A DNA stretch of 28,139 bases from a virus. Lineage: Duplodnaviria > Heunggongvirae > Uroviricota > Caudoviricetes. Below the pieces are notes generated by a model. The model was not told the DNA's origin, did not search any database, and saw only the letters and a program-made list of their open reading frames with translations. Both the position numbers and the translations under genes were made by a program. The stretch lies in IMG/VR virus record IMGVR_UViG_2744054909_000001. One strand, written 5' to 3'. This document shows, piece after piece, positions 14,569-22,308 of this stretch (position 1 is the first letter of the stretch; every line of letters begins with the position of its first letter).

Positions 14569-15618
14569 TTACGCCAGTACGCCAATTGCCAGCGCGCGAT
14601 CGATAAAACGAAATATCAGCTCCAGTTGGGAGCCATACTTATCTTCAAATGCCACTGTATCCGTATGCAGCTCGTTGTGATGCTTTCTGCACAAAGGCAA
14701 CACAAAGAGATCATGTGCTTTTGTTCCCATTCCGCCCTGCCCGTGACCAATCAGATGATGCGGATCGTCGGCTGGCATACCGCAGCAAGCACACGGCTGT
14801 GTCTTAACCCAACGTGTGTATTTCTCCTTAACCCAGCGGCGACGTTTAGGCAGCTTCATGAAAGATTCCGGAGACTCTGGATCAACGGTGATGCTTACCA
14901 CCGTCTTTTCCTGTGGTGATTTTTGTTGCTGGTGGGCGTAAGGCAACGGTGCAAGATTTTTTGTGCGTTGTTTCAATATGCTGGTGGCGGTCTGCTCTCC
15001 CGGTACGATGTCGCTTTCGCGGTACACCGAGCAGATTTTTTCCGCTGGTAATCCCAGCGAACGACGCGATACAGCCTCAGGTAGTGCATCCACCACCTGA
15101 TTGCAGACCGCCCACCAGGATAATTCAGCCAAAGATAATTCCCGCTCCTGCGTACCGCTTATTGCGTGACGGATGACGTCAATCACCCATGCTGTCAGAT
15201 TTTGTTGAGCAAGCAGCTCCAGTGATTCCGATGTCTGGTCACGCAGTTGGTTGTCGCAGTGCCAGCACAACACCATTGCGCCGGTACCATAACGGTGAAT
15301 GACTGTTTCAGTGTGATGGTAATCGCCATTAGGCCACTGGCAGGATGTAACATGACGTAATAGCCAGTCGGACAATGCGCCAACGCCGCCAGCAGCACGA
15401 ATCACCCGTTCGTTACTAAAAAACGGCAGCAATGTTTTGTCTTCCGCCAGCGGCTGGCGAACGGCAGGAACGACTCCGGATGGCAGATTACGCATGCTTT
15501 TTGGTTCCGGTTCCACCAGCACTCGAGGATTATGAAATATCTGTATGGATTCACGGCCCGGCTTAAGGACCACCAGCCCAAGCTCAGGCACCAGAACAGG
15601 TCTAAGTAATACCCGCAC
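14569..15618 (-). CDS. ydfU: YdfU-like DUF968 protein with C-terminal Cys/His (HNH-like) cluster (349 aa, GTG start)
   Basis: C-terminus CACCGMPADDPHHLIGHGQGGMGTKAHDLFVLPLCRKHHNELH; a GGAGG ribosome-binding site lies 5 nt upstream of the GTG at 15618. ORF track 14569-15657. Confidence 0.8.
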   Translation of the reverse strand: MRVLLRPVLVPELGLVVLKPGRESIQIFHNPRVLVEPEPKSMRNLPSGVVPAVRQPLAEDKTLLPFFSNERVIRAAGGVGALSDWLLRHVTSCQWPNGDYHHTETVIHRYGTGAMVLCWHCDNQLRDQTSESLELLAQQNLTAWVIDVIRHAISGTQERELSLAELSWWAVCNQVVDALPEAVSRRSLGLPAEKICSVYRESDIVPGEQTATSILKQRTKNLAPLPYAHQQQKSPQEKTVVSITVDPESPESFMKLPKRRRWVKEKYTRWVKTQPCACCGMPADDPHHLIGHGQGGMGTKAHDLFVLPLCRKHHNELHTDTVAFEDKYGSQLELIFRFIDRALAIGVLA

Positions 15619-15619
15619 G

Positions 15620-15898
15620 TTACCTCCAGATCCGTTGCTGGAAAGTGCGGGACGCACGTGGTGGGCGTTCGGAATAAGGCAGCCTGACAGAGATTATCCA
15701 GTGCCGATAGTCGAGACTGAGAGCTTTCTTAACCTCGAACCCGCGCCTGCGGTAAGAATGAATCAGCCATTCGGCCTGTTCTGCAGTGCATGGAGGGTGC
15801 TGGAACCATTCAGACTTGAATGCGTGAGAATACCGCCCGTGCGTGCAGGCAAGAACGGGCGAATTATCAGAATTGTAATATTTTGCGTTGCGTGCCAT
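15620..15898 (-). CDS. Hypothetical prophage protein (92 aa), translationally coupled to ydfU
   Basis: MARNAKYYNSDNSPVLACTHGRYSHAFKSEWFQHPPCTAEQAEWLIHSYRRRGFEVKK..; GGAG ribosome-binding site; its stop is 1 nt from the ydfU start. Confidence 0.55.
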   Translation of the reverse strand: MARNAKYYNSDNSPVLACTHGRYSHAFKSEWFQHPPCTAEQAEWLIHSYRRRGFEVKKALSLDYRHWIISVRLPYSERPPRASRTFQQRIWR

Positions 15899-15964
15899 CG
15901 GTTTTCTCCGGTGGCACGGTGTTACTCAGCGGGAGTTCAGCCCCGCGCAAGATTGTAGATGAGT

Positions 15965-16216
15965 TTATTCTCCTGAAAAAGCAGAAAAGCCAGCTTTTAT
16001 TCCGATCTCTTTCAATGCCTGTAATGAAGTGACAAACTCACCTTCGCGCAAGATAAATCCGTCCGTGACCCGAGCATCCACAAAATTAATTAACGCAGCC
16101 CCATTCTTTCGCAAACACATAATGCGGTAATGACTAACAAGATTTCCATTTTCAACGCACACAGCATAGAGGCCATCTTCACAAAAAATTTTACGCAGTT
16201 CTTCGATGTTCATCAT
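15965..16216 (-). CDS. rem: Rem-like protein (83 aa)
   Basis: MMNIEELRKIFCEDGLYAVCVENGNLVSHYRIMCLRKNGAALINFVDARVTDGFILREGEFVTSLQALKEIGIKAGFSAFSGE; position (between ydfU and hokD) and length match K-12 rem. Confidence 0.7.
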   Translation of the reverse strand: MMNIEELRKIFCEDGLYAVCVENGNLVSHYRIMCLRKNGAALINFVDARVTDGFILREGEFVTSLQALKEIGIKAGFSAFSGE

Positions 16217-16335
16217 CAGAATCCTTCCGGATAATTAGCTCTCCCCTTTAAGGGACCATCCCTCTTATCCCTGCGCGCTACTTAAGTATTTTTGATTCTA
16301 TTCCGGCACCGTCCAGAACTTCAAACGCGTTGAAA

Positions 16336-16365
16336 ATAAAAACAAAAACCCGCCGAAGCGGGTTA
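16336..16365 (-). terminator. Rho-independent terminator downstream of hokD
   Basis: + strand aaaataaaaacaaaaACCCGCcgaaGCGGGTt; on the minus strand the hairpin is followed by a long U-run. Confidence 0.6.
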
Positions 16366-16432
16366 AGTGCGGGTGCGTTGAGGATGCCTGCCACATCAGA
16401 GGTGGCGAGGGATTTCTCCCCCGCCGGGTCTC

Positions 16433-16588
16433 TTACTCCTCAGGTTCGTAAGCTGTGAAGACAGCGACCTCCGTCTGGCCGGTTCGGATTCGTACCTCGC
16501 AGAGGTCTTTCCTCGTTACCAGTGCCGTCACTATGACGGTTAAACAGATGACGATCAGGGCGATTAACATCGCCTTTTGCTGCTTCAT
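16433..16588 (-). CDS. hokD: Hok-family type I toxin HokD (51 aa)
   Basis: Hand translation: MKQQKAMLIALIVICLTVIVTALVTRKDLCEVRIRTGQTEVAVFTAYEPEE. The antisense sok RNA and the mok leader are expected in the upstream 16590-16760 region but were not delimited. Confidence 0.9.
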   Translation of the reverse strand: MKQQKAMLIALIVICLTVIVTALVTRKDLCEVRIRTGQTEVAVFTAYEPEE

Positions 16589-16659
16589 AGCCTGCTTCTC
16601 CTGTCAACGCAAAGCAGAAGTGTCACCTTCGGTGCGAAACAGAGATGTCATGCTTTGGT

Positions 16660-16947
16660 TCAGAGAATGCGTTTGACCGCCTCGCTATATACTTCCGAGC
16701 GTTCTCTTTTCCCAACAGAAATCACGAAAACGACAACTTTCTCGTCTATAACCTGGTATACAAGGCGATAGCCTGAAGACCGGAGCTTAATCTTGTAACA
16801 ATCAGGCATACCACGGAGCTTGTTTGCTTCAATCCGGGGTGACTCAAGTACTTCAACCAGCTTCTTTTTCAACTGTTCACGTACCGTCGAGCCCAGCTTT
16901 CGCCATTCCTTTAGTGCCCGCTCGTCAAAATCCAGAAAATACGCCAT
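16660..16947 (-). CDS. relE: RelE mRNA interferase toxin (95 aa)
   Basis: MAYFLDFDERALKEWRKLGSTVREQLKKKLVEVLESPRIEANKLRGMPDCYKIKLRSSGYRLVYQVIDEKVVVFVISVGKRERSEVYSEAVKRIL. Confidence 0.95.
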   Translation of the reverse strand: MAYFLDFDERALKEWRKLGSTVREQLKKKLVEVLESPRIEANKLRGMPDCYKIKLRSSGYRLVYQVIDEKVVVFVISVGKRERSEVYSEAVKRIL

Positions 16948-17186
16948 CAGAGTTCATCCAGCGTCACACGTACTGGCTTAGGATTACGAAGCCGTTCTTT
17001 CACTATCTCCACAAGTTCAGCATCTTCATCACTCAGGAGTGTCTGTTTGAACGGCAAGCGTTCATTGTCAGCGATATACTCGAGCATGAGACGAAGCGCT
17101 TCAGAAGGAGTTACACCCATTTTTTCAAGCGCGGCGTAAGAACGCGCTTTAAGTTCATCGTCAATACGCAGGTTAATGCTACCCAT
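16947..17186 (-). CDS. relB: RelB antitoxin (79 aa)
   Basis: MGSINLRIDDELKARSYA.LEKMGVTPSEALRLMLEYIADNERLPFKQTLLSDEDAELVEIVKERLRNPKPVRVTLDEL; ATGA overlap with relE. Confidence 0.95.
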   Translation of the reverse strand: MGSINLRIDDELKARSYAALEKMGVTPSEALRLMLEYIADNERLPFKQTLLSDEDAELVEIVKERLRNPKPVRVTLDEL

Positions 17187-17196
17187 GTCTTACACC

Positions 17197-17224
17197 TCTT
17201 GTAATTACAAATGTCATTACAAGT
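17197..17224. promoter_or_regulatory. relBE operator/promoter region (relO-like palindromes)
   Basis: Perfect 12-bp palindrome TTGTAATTACAA followed by TGTCATTACAAG, immediately upstream of the relB start. Confidence 0.5.
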
Positions 17225-17516
17225 ATCGCACTACAACATGCTTAGGGCAAGTCACGAAGGAAGTCAGAAAGTAGTCGTAAGAACGGTGATCACTGTCCGC
17301 TTTGTGCCAGGAGCAGCCATTGCTAAGTCCATCCTGTATTGTGCAGGTCAGCTCGTTTTTAAAGAGTCCGGCCATCATCTTACTGGTACAGACACCATAT
17401 ACTTTGTGACGGTCAGGCTACATATGCACAACTCAACTTATTCATCTATTTTTTGCTTTAGCATGTCAGTGTTGCTTTCTCGTCGGCGGGTGAGCGGTGA
17501 CCTGACCTGTCGATAA
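17211..17516 (+). CDS. ydfV: YdfV-like protein (101 aa), doubtful coding
   Basis: The 101-aa length and position match K-12 ydfV, but the start codon lies inside the relO operator and the sequence is low-complexity. Confidence 0.4.
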   Translation: MSLQVSHYNMLRASHEGSQKVVVRTVITVRFVPGAAIAKSILYCAGQLVFKESGHHLTGTDTIYFVTVRLHMHNSTYSSIFCFSMSVLLSRRRVSGDLTCR

Positions 17517-17718
17517 AGGAACGTAACACGTTTTATGCAACACCCGCATGCGGCAGAAAATTATTGCCGAACGTTTACCCCTGTCAACAAGCTTTACTTT
17601 CTGAGGCGCGCCAGCCCGCGAGGAAAACAATCTGAACATCAAACAATTAATGACACAAGAAATACGATTAAAGATTTTTTTGTGCATGCCGATAGTGCTT
17701 TTTTAAAAGGAGAAATCT

Positions 17719-18051
17719 ATGTCTGTCACAATTCAGGGAAATACCTCAACCGTTATTTCAAACAACTCCGCCCCGGAAGGAACATCAGAAATAGCCAAAA
17801 TCACAAGACAAATTCAGGTGCTGACTGAAAAGCTTGGGAAAATCTCATCGGAAGAGGGGATGACGACACAGCAGAAAAAAGAAATGGCTGCATTGGTACA
17901 GAAGCAAATTGAAAGCCTCTGGGCTCAACTGGAGCAGTTGTTAAGGCAGCAGGCAGAGAAAAAGAATGAAGACGCGACAGTTCAGCCTGATAAAAAAGAA
18001 GAGAAAAAAGACGATACAAATACCGCTGGCACCATTGATATTTACGTCTAA
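17719..18051 (+). CDS. flxA: FlxA-like protein (110 aa)
   Basis: MSVTIQGNTSTVISNNSAPEGTSEIAKITRQIQVLTEKLGKISSEEGMTTQQKKEMAALVQKQIESLWAQLEQLL..; good ribosome-binding site (AAAGGAG). Confidence 0.9.
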   Translation: MSVTIQGNTSTVISNNSAPEGTSEIAKITRQIQVLTEKLGKISSEEGMTTQQKKEMAALVQKQIESLWAQLEQLLRQQAEKKNEDATVQPDKKEEKKDDTNTAGTIDIYV

Positions 18052-18065
18052 GTGACAGCCGTATT

Positions 18066-18089
18066 GTGGCCCTCATCGGGCCACTTTTC
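18066..18089 (+). terminator. Rho-independent terminator of flxA
   Basis: GTGGCCCtcatcGGGCCACttttcg, 15 bp after the flxA stop. Confidence 0.65.
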
Positions 18090-18129
18090 GCCATCAGCCT
18101 TTTCTTTAAAGACATATTATCTTTGTATC

Positions 18130-18179
18130 ATTTCTGATAGTTAACATTACAAGAATTTCTGATAGTTAACATTACAAGA
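18130..18179. repeat. Perfect tandem direct repeat, 2 x 25 bp (ATTTCTGATAGTTAACATTACAAGA)
   Basis: Read directly at 18130-18154 and 18155-18179; each unit contains the motif AGTTAACATTAC, whose reverse complement recurs near 19974-20012 on the other side of the transposase gene. Confidence 0.9.
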
Positions 18180-18512
18180 TATAAGTAATGGACGCACTCC
18201 CAATTAGTCTATTTAAATCGCCACGAGTTTAACTGACAACCCATGATCAATTATGAATTGCAACTATTTCTGTAGTCACTTTTGTGGGGACAGTCCACAA
18301 AACTGCCAACTTCCGCTTCTTGCTCTTAGCGGACATTAGCATAGGCTATTTACCATAACGCCTCATTACGCGCACCGCCCAGACTGACTCAGCGCGTTTC
18401 TGGCATATCCCCGGTAAAACAAGTAACAAACCACCCGAAAATGAACACCAGAAACGCGACTTAAGAATCTACCCTATGAATGGATATGCACTCAACCGAA
18501 TCGATCTTGGTT

Positions 18513-19826
18513 TCAATCTTTTTTATCGGGATCAGGCTTCTTTTTAGATAACTTCGGGGGCTTAACTTGCTGATGACTTTGCGTTCGGCGCGTAAGCCAG
18601 GGATGGTCAGCTTTAGGTTTAACATAGTATTTTGAGCGTAAATCAATACGGGCATTATCCACTCGTTCATGGACACTCTTTTCATCATCCAGTGGTATAG
18701 GCTCCGGGCCATCAACATACTTTTCCCAGCCCAGCGCTTTCCCGTCATACAGAACGTTAATTTCACCGTCAAAGTTCTCGCATACAGTAACAACCGAATG
18801 CCTAAGTCGATATCCCCGGCCCTCACTGCGTACCTGAAACGCACTGCTTTTGTACTGGAAAGTGAGATTTTTAGACAGAACGCGCTTCGCCTGTAGGCTG
18901 AAGATATAACCCAGTTCCTCTTCAGAATGGTGCACATCAAGATGAGCATTATCAGTAGTACGAGGCGACGTAGCGAACCGGTTGTTATAGGCTTCAATAA
19001 AGGTCGGCAACCATGCATTTGCTGTTTCAATATCACTGATATTCTGAAGCCGCATTTCTTTGACCAGCCTGTCCTGTAGTGTCTGATTGGCGCGCTCTAC
19101 CCGCCCTTTTGCCTGCGGGCTGTTGGCATGGATTGGCTCGATGCCCAGTGTCTTTATCGCACGAGTGAACTGGGTCAGCTCACCTTCCCGCTCTGGGTTA
19201 TTTACCCTGAATATACTGTGTCTATCAGAGTAGAGAGCGAGCGGTACGCCATGATCATTAAGGTAACCCCGGAGGGTTTCCATGTAAGCCCGGGTTGTTT
19301 CAGCAGGCACAAAACGCAACGCCATCAACGCACTGGTGGCATCATCAATGAAAACGATCAGTGTACATCTGGGGCCTCGATTTTCAAACCAGTCATGAGG
19401 TGAGCCATCAATCTGGATCAGTTCACCGTAAGATGGTCGTCGCATGCGGCGTTGATATATACGGGCAATTTTACGACGGCGTTCACGCCATAACCCCTCT
19501 TCTATCATCCACTTTCTGAGAGTTTCAACGGATAAAGATAAACCGTGTATCTCGCGCAATTTTTCGCACGCAAACGTAGGTCCAAAATCAGCGTAACGGC
19601 CTTTGAGGAGTGAAATTACTGTTGCTCTGAATTCAGCAGAAAAGGAATTATTAGGACGCTTTCCACGTCGGTGGGAAACCAGACCAGAAGGCCCTTCATT
19701 TCTATACCGTTGCACCAGACGTTTAACCTGCCGAATAGAAATGCCAATGCGTGCCGCAGCTTGTTCCTGAATAATCTGAAGTCGGTGGAGTTCCTTATGA
19801 CTCATCGTAACAGTCTCTTTGATCAT
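18513..19826 (-). CDS. DDE transposase with N-terminal HTH and rve (integrase-core) domain, 437 aa
   Basis: Catalytic region ..IQIDGSPHDWF.. / ..LYSDRHSIF.. / ..SPQAKGRVERANQTLQDRL.. is the D-D-E (retroviral-integrase-like) signature; size and architecture suggest IS481 or ISNCY family. GGGGGA ribosome-binding site before the first ATG. Confidence 0.8.
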   Translation of the reverse strand: MIKETVTMSHKELHRLQIIQEQAAARIGISIRQVKRLVQRYRNEGPSGLVSHRRGKRPNNSFSAEFRATVISLLKGRYADFGPTFACEKLREIHGLSLSVETLRKWMIEEGLWRERRRKIARIYQRRMRRPSYGELIQIDGSPHDWFENRGPRCTLIVFIDDATSALMALRFVPAETTRAYMETLRGYLNDHGVPLALYSDRHSIFRVNNPEREGELTQFTRAIKTLGIEPIHANSPQAKGRVERANQTLQDRLVKEMRLQNISDIETANAWLPTFIEAYNNRFATSPRTTDNAHLDVHHSEEELGYIFSLQAKRVLSKNLTFQYKSSAFQVRSEGRGYRLRHSVVTVCENFDGEINVLYDGKALGWEKYVDGPEPIPLDDEKSVHERVDNARIDLRSKYYVKPKADHPWLTRRTQSHQQVKPPKLSKKKPDPDKKD

Positions 19827-20160
19827 GAAAAATCCCCCAGAGAATTGTCTGGGGACATTTTAGAATGGTTCAAAGGGGACATTACAGCTTGGTGTTAACA
19901 ATAGCCTGCTTCTCCGTGCCTTTCGGCACGTAAGAGGCTAACCTACATGTGTCTAGCATGAAATTGGCCTCAGATTAATGTTAAGCGTCTTGCAGGACGC
20001 GTAATGTTAACTGGGGCTTTTCTCTATCTGCCGTTGGTGTCCATGCCCGAGGCAGATAGCCTCAAGCACCCGCAGTCATTCTACTTAACTAAGATTTCCC
20101 CGCAAACCGTTTTTGTCCAGCACAGTAAATATCCAACTAAACCAATGGAGTTCGCTGTAT

Positions 20161-20340
20161 TTACCGCCAGTATTCAATGCACATGACCGCCATGAACACC
20201 CCTAAAAAAAGGGCATTTATATATCCAAATATTAATATCAAAACATCAACTTTTTCCATATACCTTGCTGTGAAGATGATGGGCATACATGATGCGAACA
20301 ACCAGAACGCAACAAACAAAAACTGCAATGCGTTTTTCAT
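20161..20340 (-). CDS. Small two-helix membrane protein (59 aa)
   Basis: MKNALQFLFVAFWLFASCMPIIFTARYMEKVDVLILIFGYINALFLGVFMAVMCIEYWR; strong AGGAGG ribosome-binding site 6 nt before ATG; AT-rich upstream region with promoter-like elements. Confidence 0.5.
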   Translation of the reverse strand: MKNALQFLFVAFWLFASCMPIIFTARYMEKVDVLILIFGYINALFLGVFMAVMCIEYWR

Positions 20341-20589
20341 TATTCCTCCTACAATCAATGTGCAATTACATTTAAACACACCTCAATTTGGCCGGACATA
20401 TAAATATCTAAACCAGAAAAAATCACTTACATAGCGTTACAAACTCTTTAGTCTAAAGGTTCATCGTAAAACATTCCCCATACTTATCAGTCCGTTCCGC
20501 GCCAGGTAGCTCATTGCCTTATCTGGCAACCTGTAATCAGGTTTCCGCTTTTTCAGTTGGCTGGTCGTTTAACCGACATAGTTAATCCA

Positions 20590-21230
20590 TTAATCTAGTT
20601 GCCGGATGTTGGTGGATTTTCGCGTTTTAGTTGTTCATAAAAGTGCACAGCTTTAACCAGTTCTTCTGATGTAACTGGGACTGGTGAGGCAGTGAATAAG
20701 GCCTGAATTTGATAGTTCGGCCTGTCGTTACAATCCTCTTTTTTCGGTACATATTTCCAGTCACCAGACCACTACTTCCCCTGAAAGTCCGTAACGCCTT
20801 TTTTCACGTAGCGATATCGCCATGCCACTGGTTTTGCTTGCCCCGCCGTTTCATGCCCTTCCTGATAATTAATCTCGCTCATTCATCGCCCCACTCATCA
20901 CAATATGCTTCGACCGGAGTTTTTCCCGCTTCATAGTCATCACGCTAGGATTCGACATCAGCAGCACTTCCACCGCGTAACTCACCATAGTCCATTAATA
21001 GTTCATCCCGCTCTTCAAAACTGATGTTATATTTAGCTGAACAAAAATCAGCCACTTTGTTCTTCCTCATCGTCTTTTATTTCGTGGTATGAGTAATTGC
21101 AGTAGTTAAAGAAAATTTCTTATGCTCCGTCATGAATTTCCTCAGGTGTTGCGTCATCGTCCACTTCGAATACATCCTCAAAATCTCCACCAGCTATTCC
21201 CGTTTCAATAATAATTTTGAACTTTCGCAT
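20590..21230 (-). pseudogene. Decayed early-region ORFs (frame-disrupted remnants)
   Basis: Only short ORFs (36-40 codons) on the minus strand; one begins MSEINYQEGHETAGQAKPVAW.. and continues in another frame (..RYRYVKKGVTDFQGK..), suggesting indels. Hand translation, not fully verified. Confidence 0.3.
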
Positions 21231-21492
21231 TTCACTACCGCCCTTTCGGGCGGCCTCCTGATGTTCTGAGGGTGCAGAAATCCATCCGGTTAAGGATTAA
21301 ATTTTATTTACAGAACTGAATTTAATTATTCAGATATACGTATCTGTAGCCTTACGAATCTACTCACTGGATGCCTCTTTCATAAAAATAATCCAGTGGG
21401 TTTTATCGTTTTTTCCCTGTTCGTTGACAGATAACAGGTTTTCTGTCTGTCAGTGCCAGAATCTGGCTTACCGGTATTTGCGTTTCATTCCA

Positions 21493-21849
21493 TTAAAAAA
21501 TCAGAACGCCGTGCGGCCTCAACACCCGAAAGGCTTCTTTAAATCTCTGTCGCGAATCATCACGCCAGGCATCTTTATTCAGCCGTCCATATTTCTTTCC
21601 CATCCAGGCGTTATCACCAACACTCTCAAGATGCGGAGGGTCTAATACAACCATCGAAAAAGATGCGTCTGCAAATGATAATGCACGAAAATCTGCGATA
21701 ATGTCAGGGCTGATAATCAAGCGTCTCCCATTGCGTAATGTGTATCCTTCTTTTCTGATATCGCTGAATATCGCCCGTTCGTCAGACTTATCGAACCAGA
21801 ACATGCGGCTGCCACAGCACATATCAAGAATGGTTGCCGGTGCACTCAC
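21493..21849 (-). CDS. Methyltransferase-like protein, short (118 aa) with atypical DPPH motif
   Basis: SAM-binding-like motif ILDMCCGSRMF then VVLDPPH and ..EAFRVLRPHGVLIF, resembling motifs I and IV of amino-methyltransferases with the usual aromatic after DPP replaced by His. Ends abruptly without a target-recognition domain. Confidence 0.55.
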   Translation of the reverse strand: MSAPATILDMCCGSRMFWFDKSDERAIFSDIRKEGYTLRNGRRLIISPDIIADFRALSFADASFSMVVLDPPHLESVGDNAWMGKKYGRLNKDAWRDDSRQRFKEAFRVLRPHGVLIF

Positions 21850-22268
21850 TGCGCCACGTCCTGAAAATTACCCTGATAGAAAGCCAGTATGCGCTGCATA
21901 ACTTCGCTCTTCCGGCACTCGCGACAGATTATGTTTAGGCGACTGTCGTAGCGACGTATTTCTCCGTCAGGTGATGACCAGATAAGGTCCGGATCAACCA
22001 CAGCAGGTTTCTTCACCTTTGCCCTCGAGAGTTTTTTGCGGGCGTTTTGCCAGTCCTTACGCGCCTGTTCAGAGGGGAATAACCCGTAGCCGGAGTTGTA
22101 TACATCGCCACTGGCTACCAGCTCTCTGGCAAGAACGCTCATCAGATATCTAGTCGCACCTGTTTTAGCTTCCAGTTGCCGTAACGTCTCACGGCCGCTC
22201 TGGCGCACGAGTTCCACCACCTGCCATTTAATTTTTTCCCGCTCTTCTTGTGTAAAAACTTTTGCCAC
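21846..22268 (-). CDS. Hypothetical protein (140 aa, GTG start), translationally coupled to the methyltransferase-like gene
   Basis: AAGGGGGA ribosome-binding site before the GTG; MAKVFTQEEREKIKWQVVELVRQSGRETLRQLEAKTGATRYLMSVLARELVASG.. (HTH-like N-terminus), C-terminal CRECRKS; ATGA overlap with the downstream gene. Confidence 0.55.
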   Translation of the reverse strand: MAKVFTQEEREKIKWQVVELVRQSGRETLRQLEAKTGATRYLMSVLARELVASGDVYNSGYGLFPSEQARKDWQNARKKLSRAKVKKPAVVDPDLIWSSPDGEIRRYDSRLNIICRECRKSEVMQRILAFYQGNFQDVAQ

Positions 22269-22308
22269 AAGTCCCCCTTAAAATTACCTCATGACCTGAA
22301 ATCAACAC

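Larger units (their letters stand above)
18130..20012 (-). mobile_element. Putative insertion element carrying the DDE transposase (boundaries approximate)
   Basis: Inverted copies of AGTTAACATTAC / GTAATGTTAACT (two on each side, about 25 bp apart) bracket the transposase gene. No target-site duplication could be confirmed. Confidence 0.35.

Noticed and set aside
18130-18179. Tandem direct repeat considered as a CRISPR array or iteron origin
   Set aside because: Only two contiguous 25-bp units with no spacers and no cas genes. It is better explained as duplicated subterminal sites of the adjacent transposon, although an iteron role is not excluded.
21493-21849. Calling the 118-aa protein an active DNA methyltransferase
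   Set aside because: It is too short, lacks a target-recognition domain and has DPPH rather than DPPY/F/W; it is reported only as methyltransferase-like.
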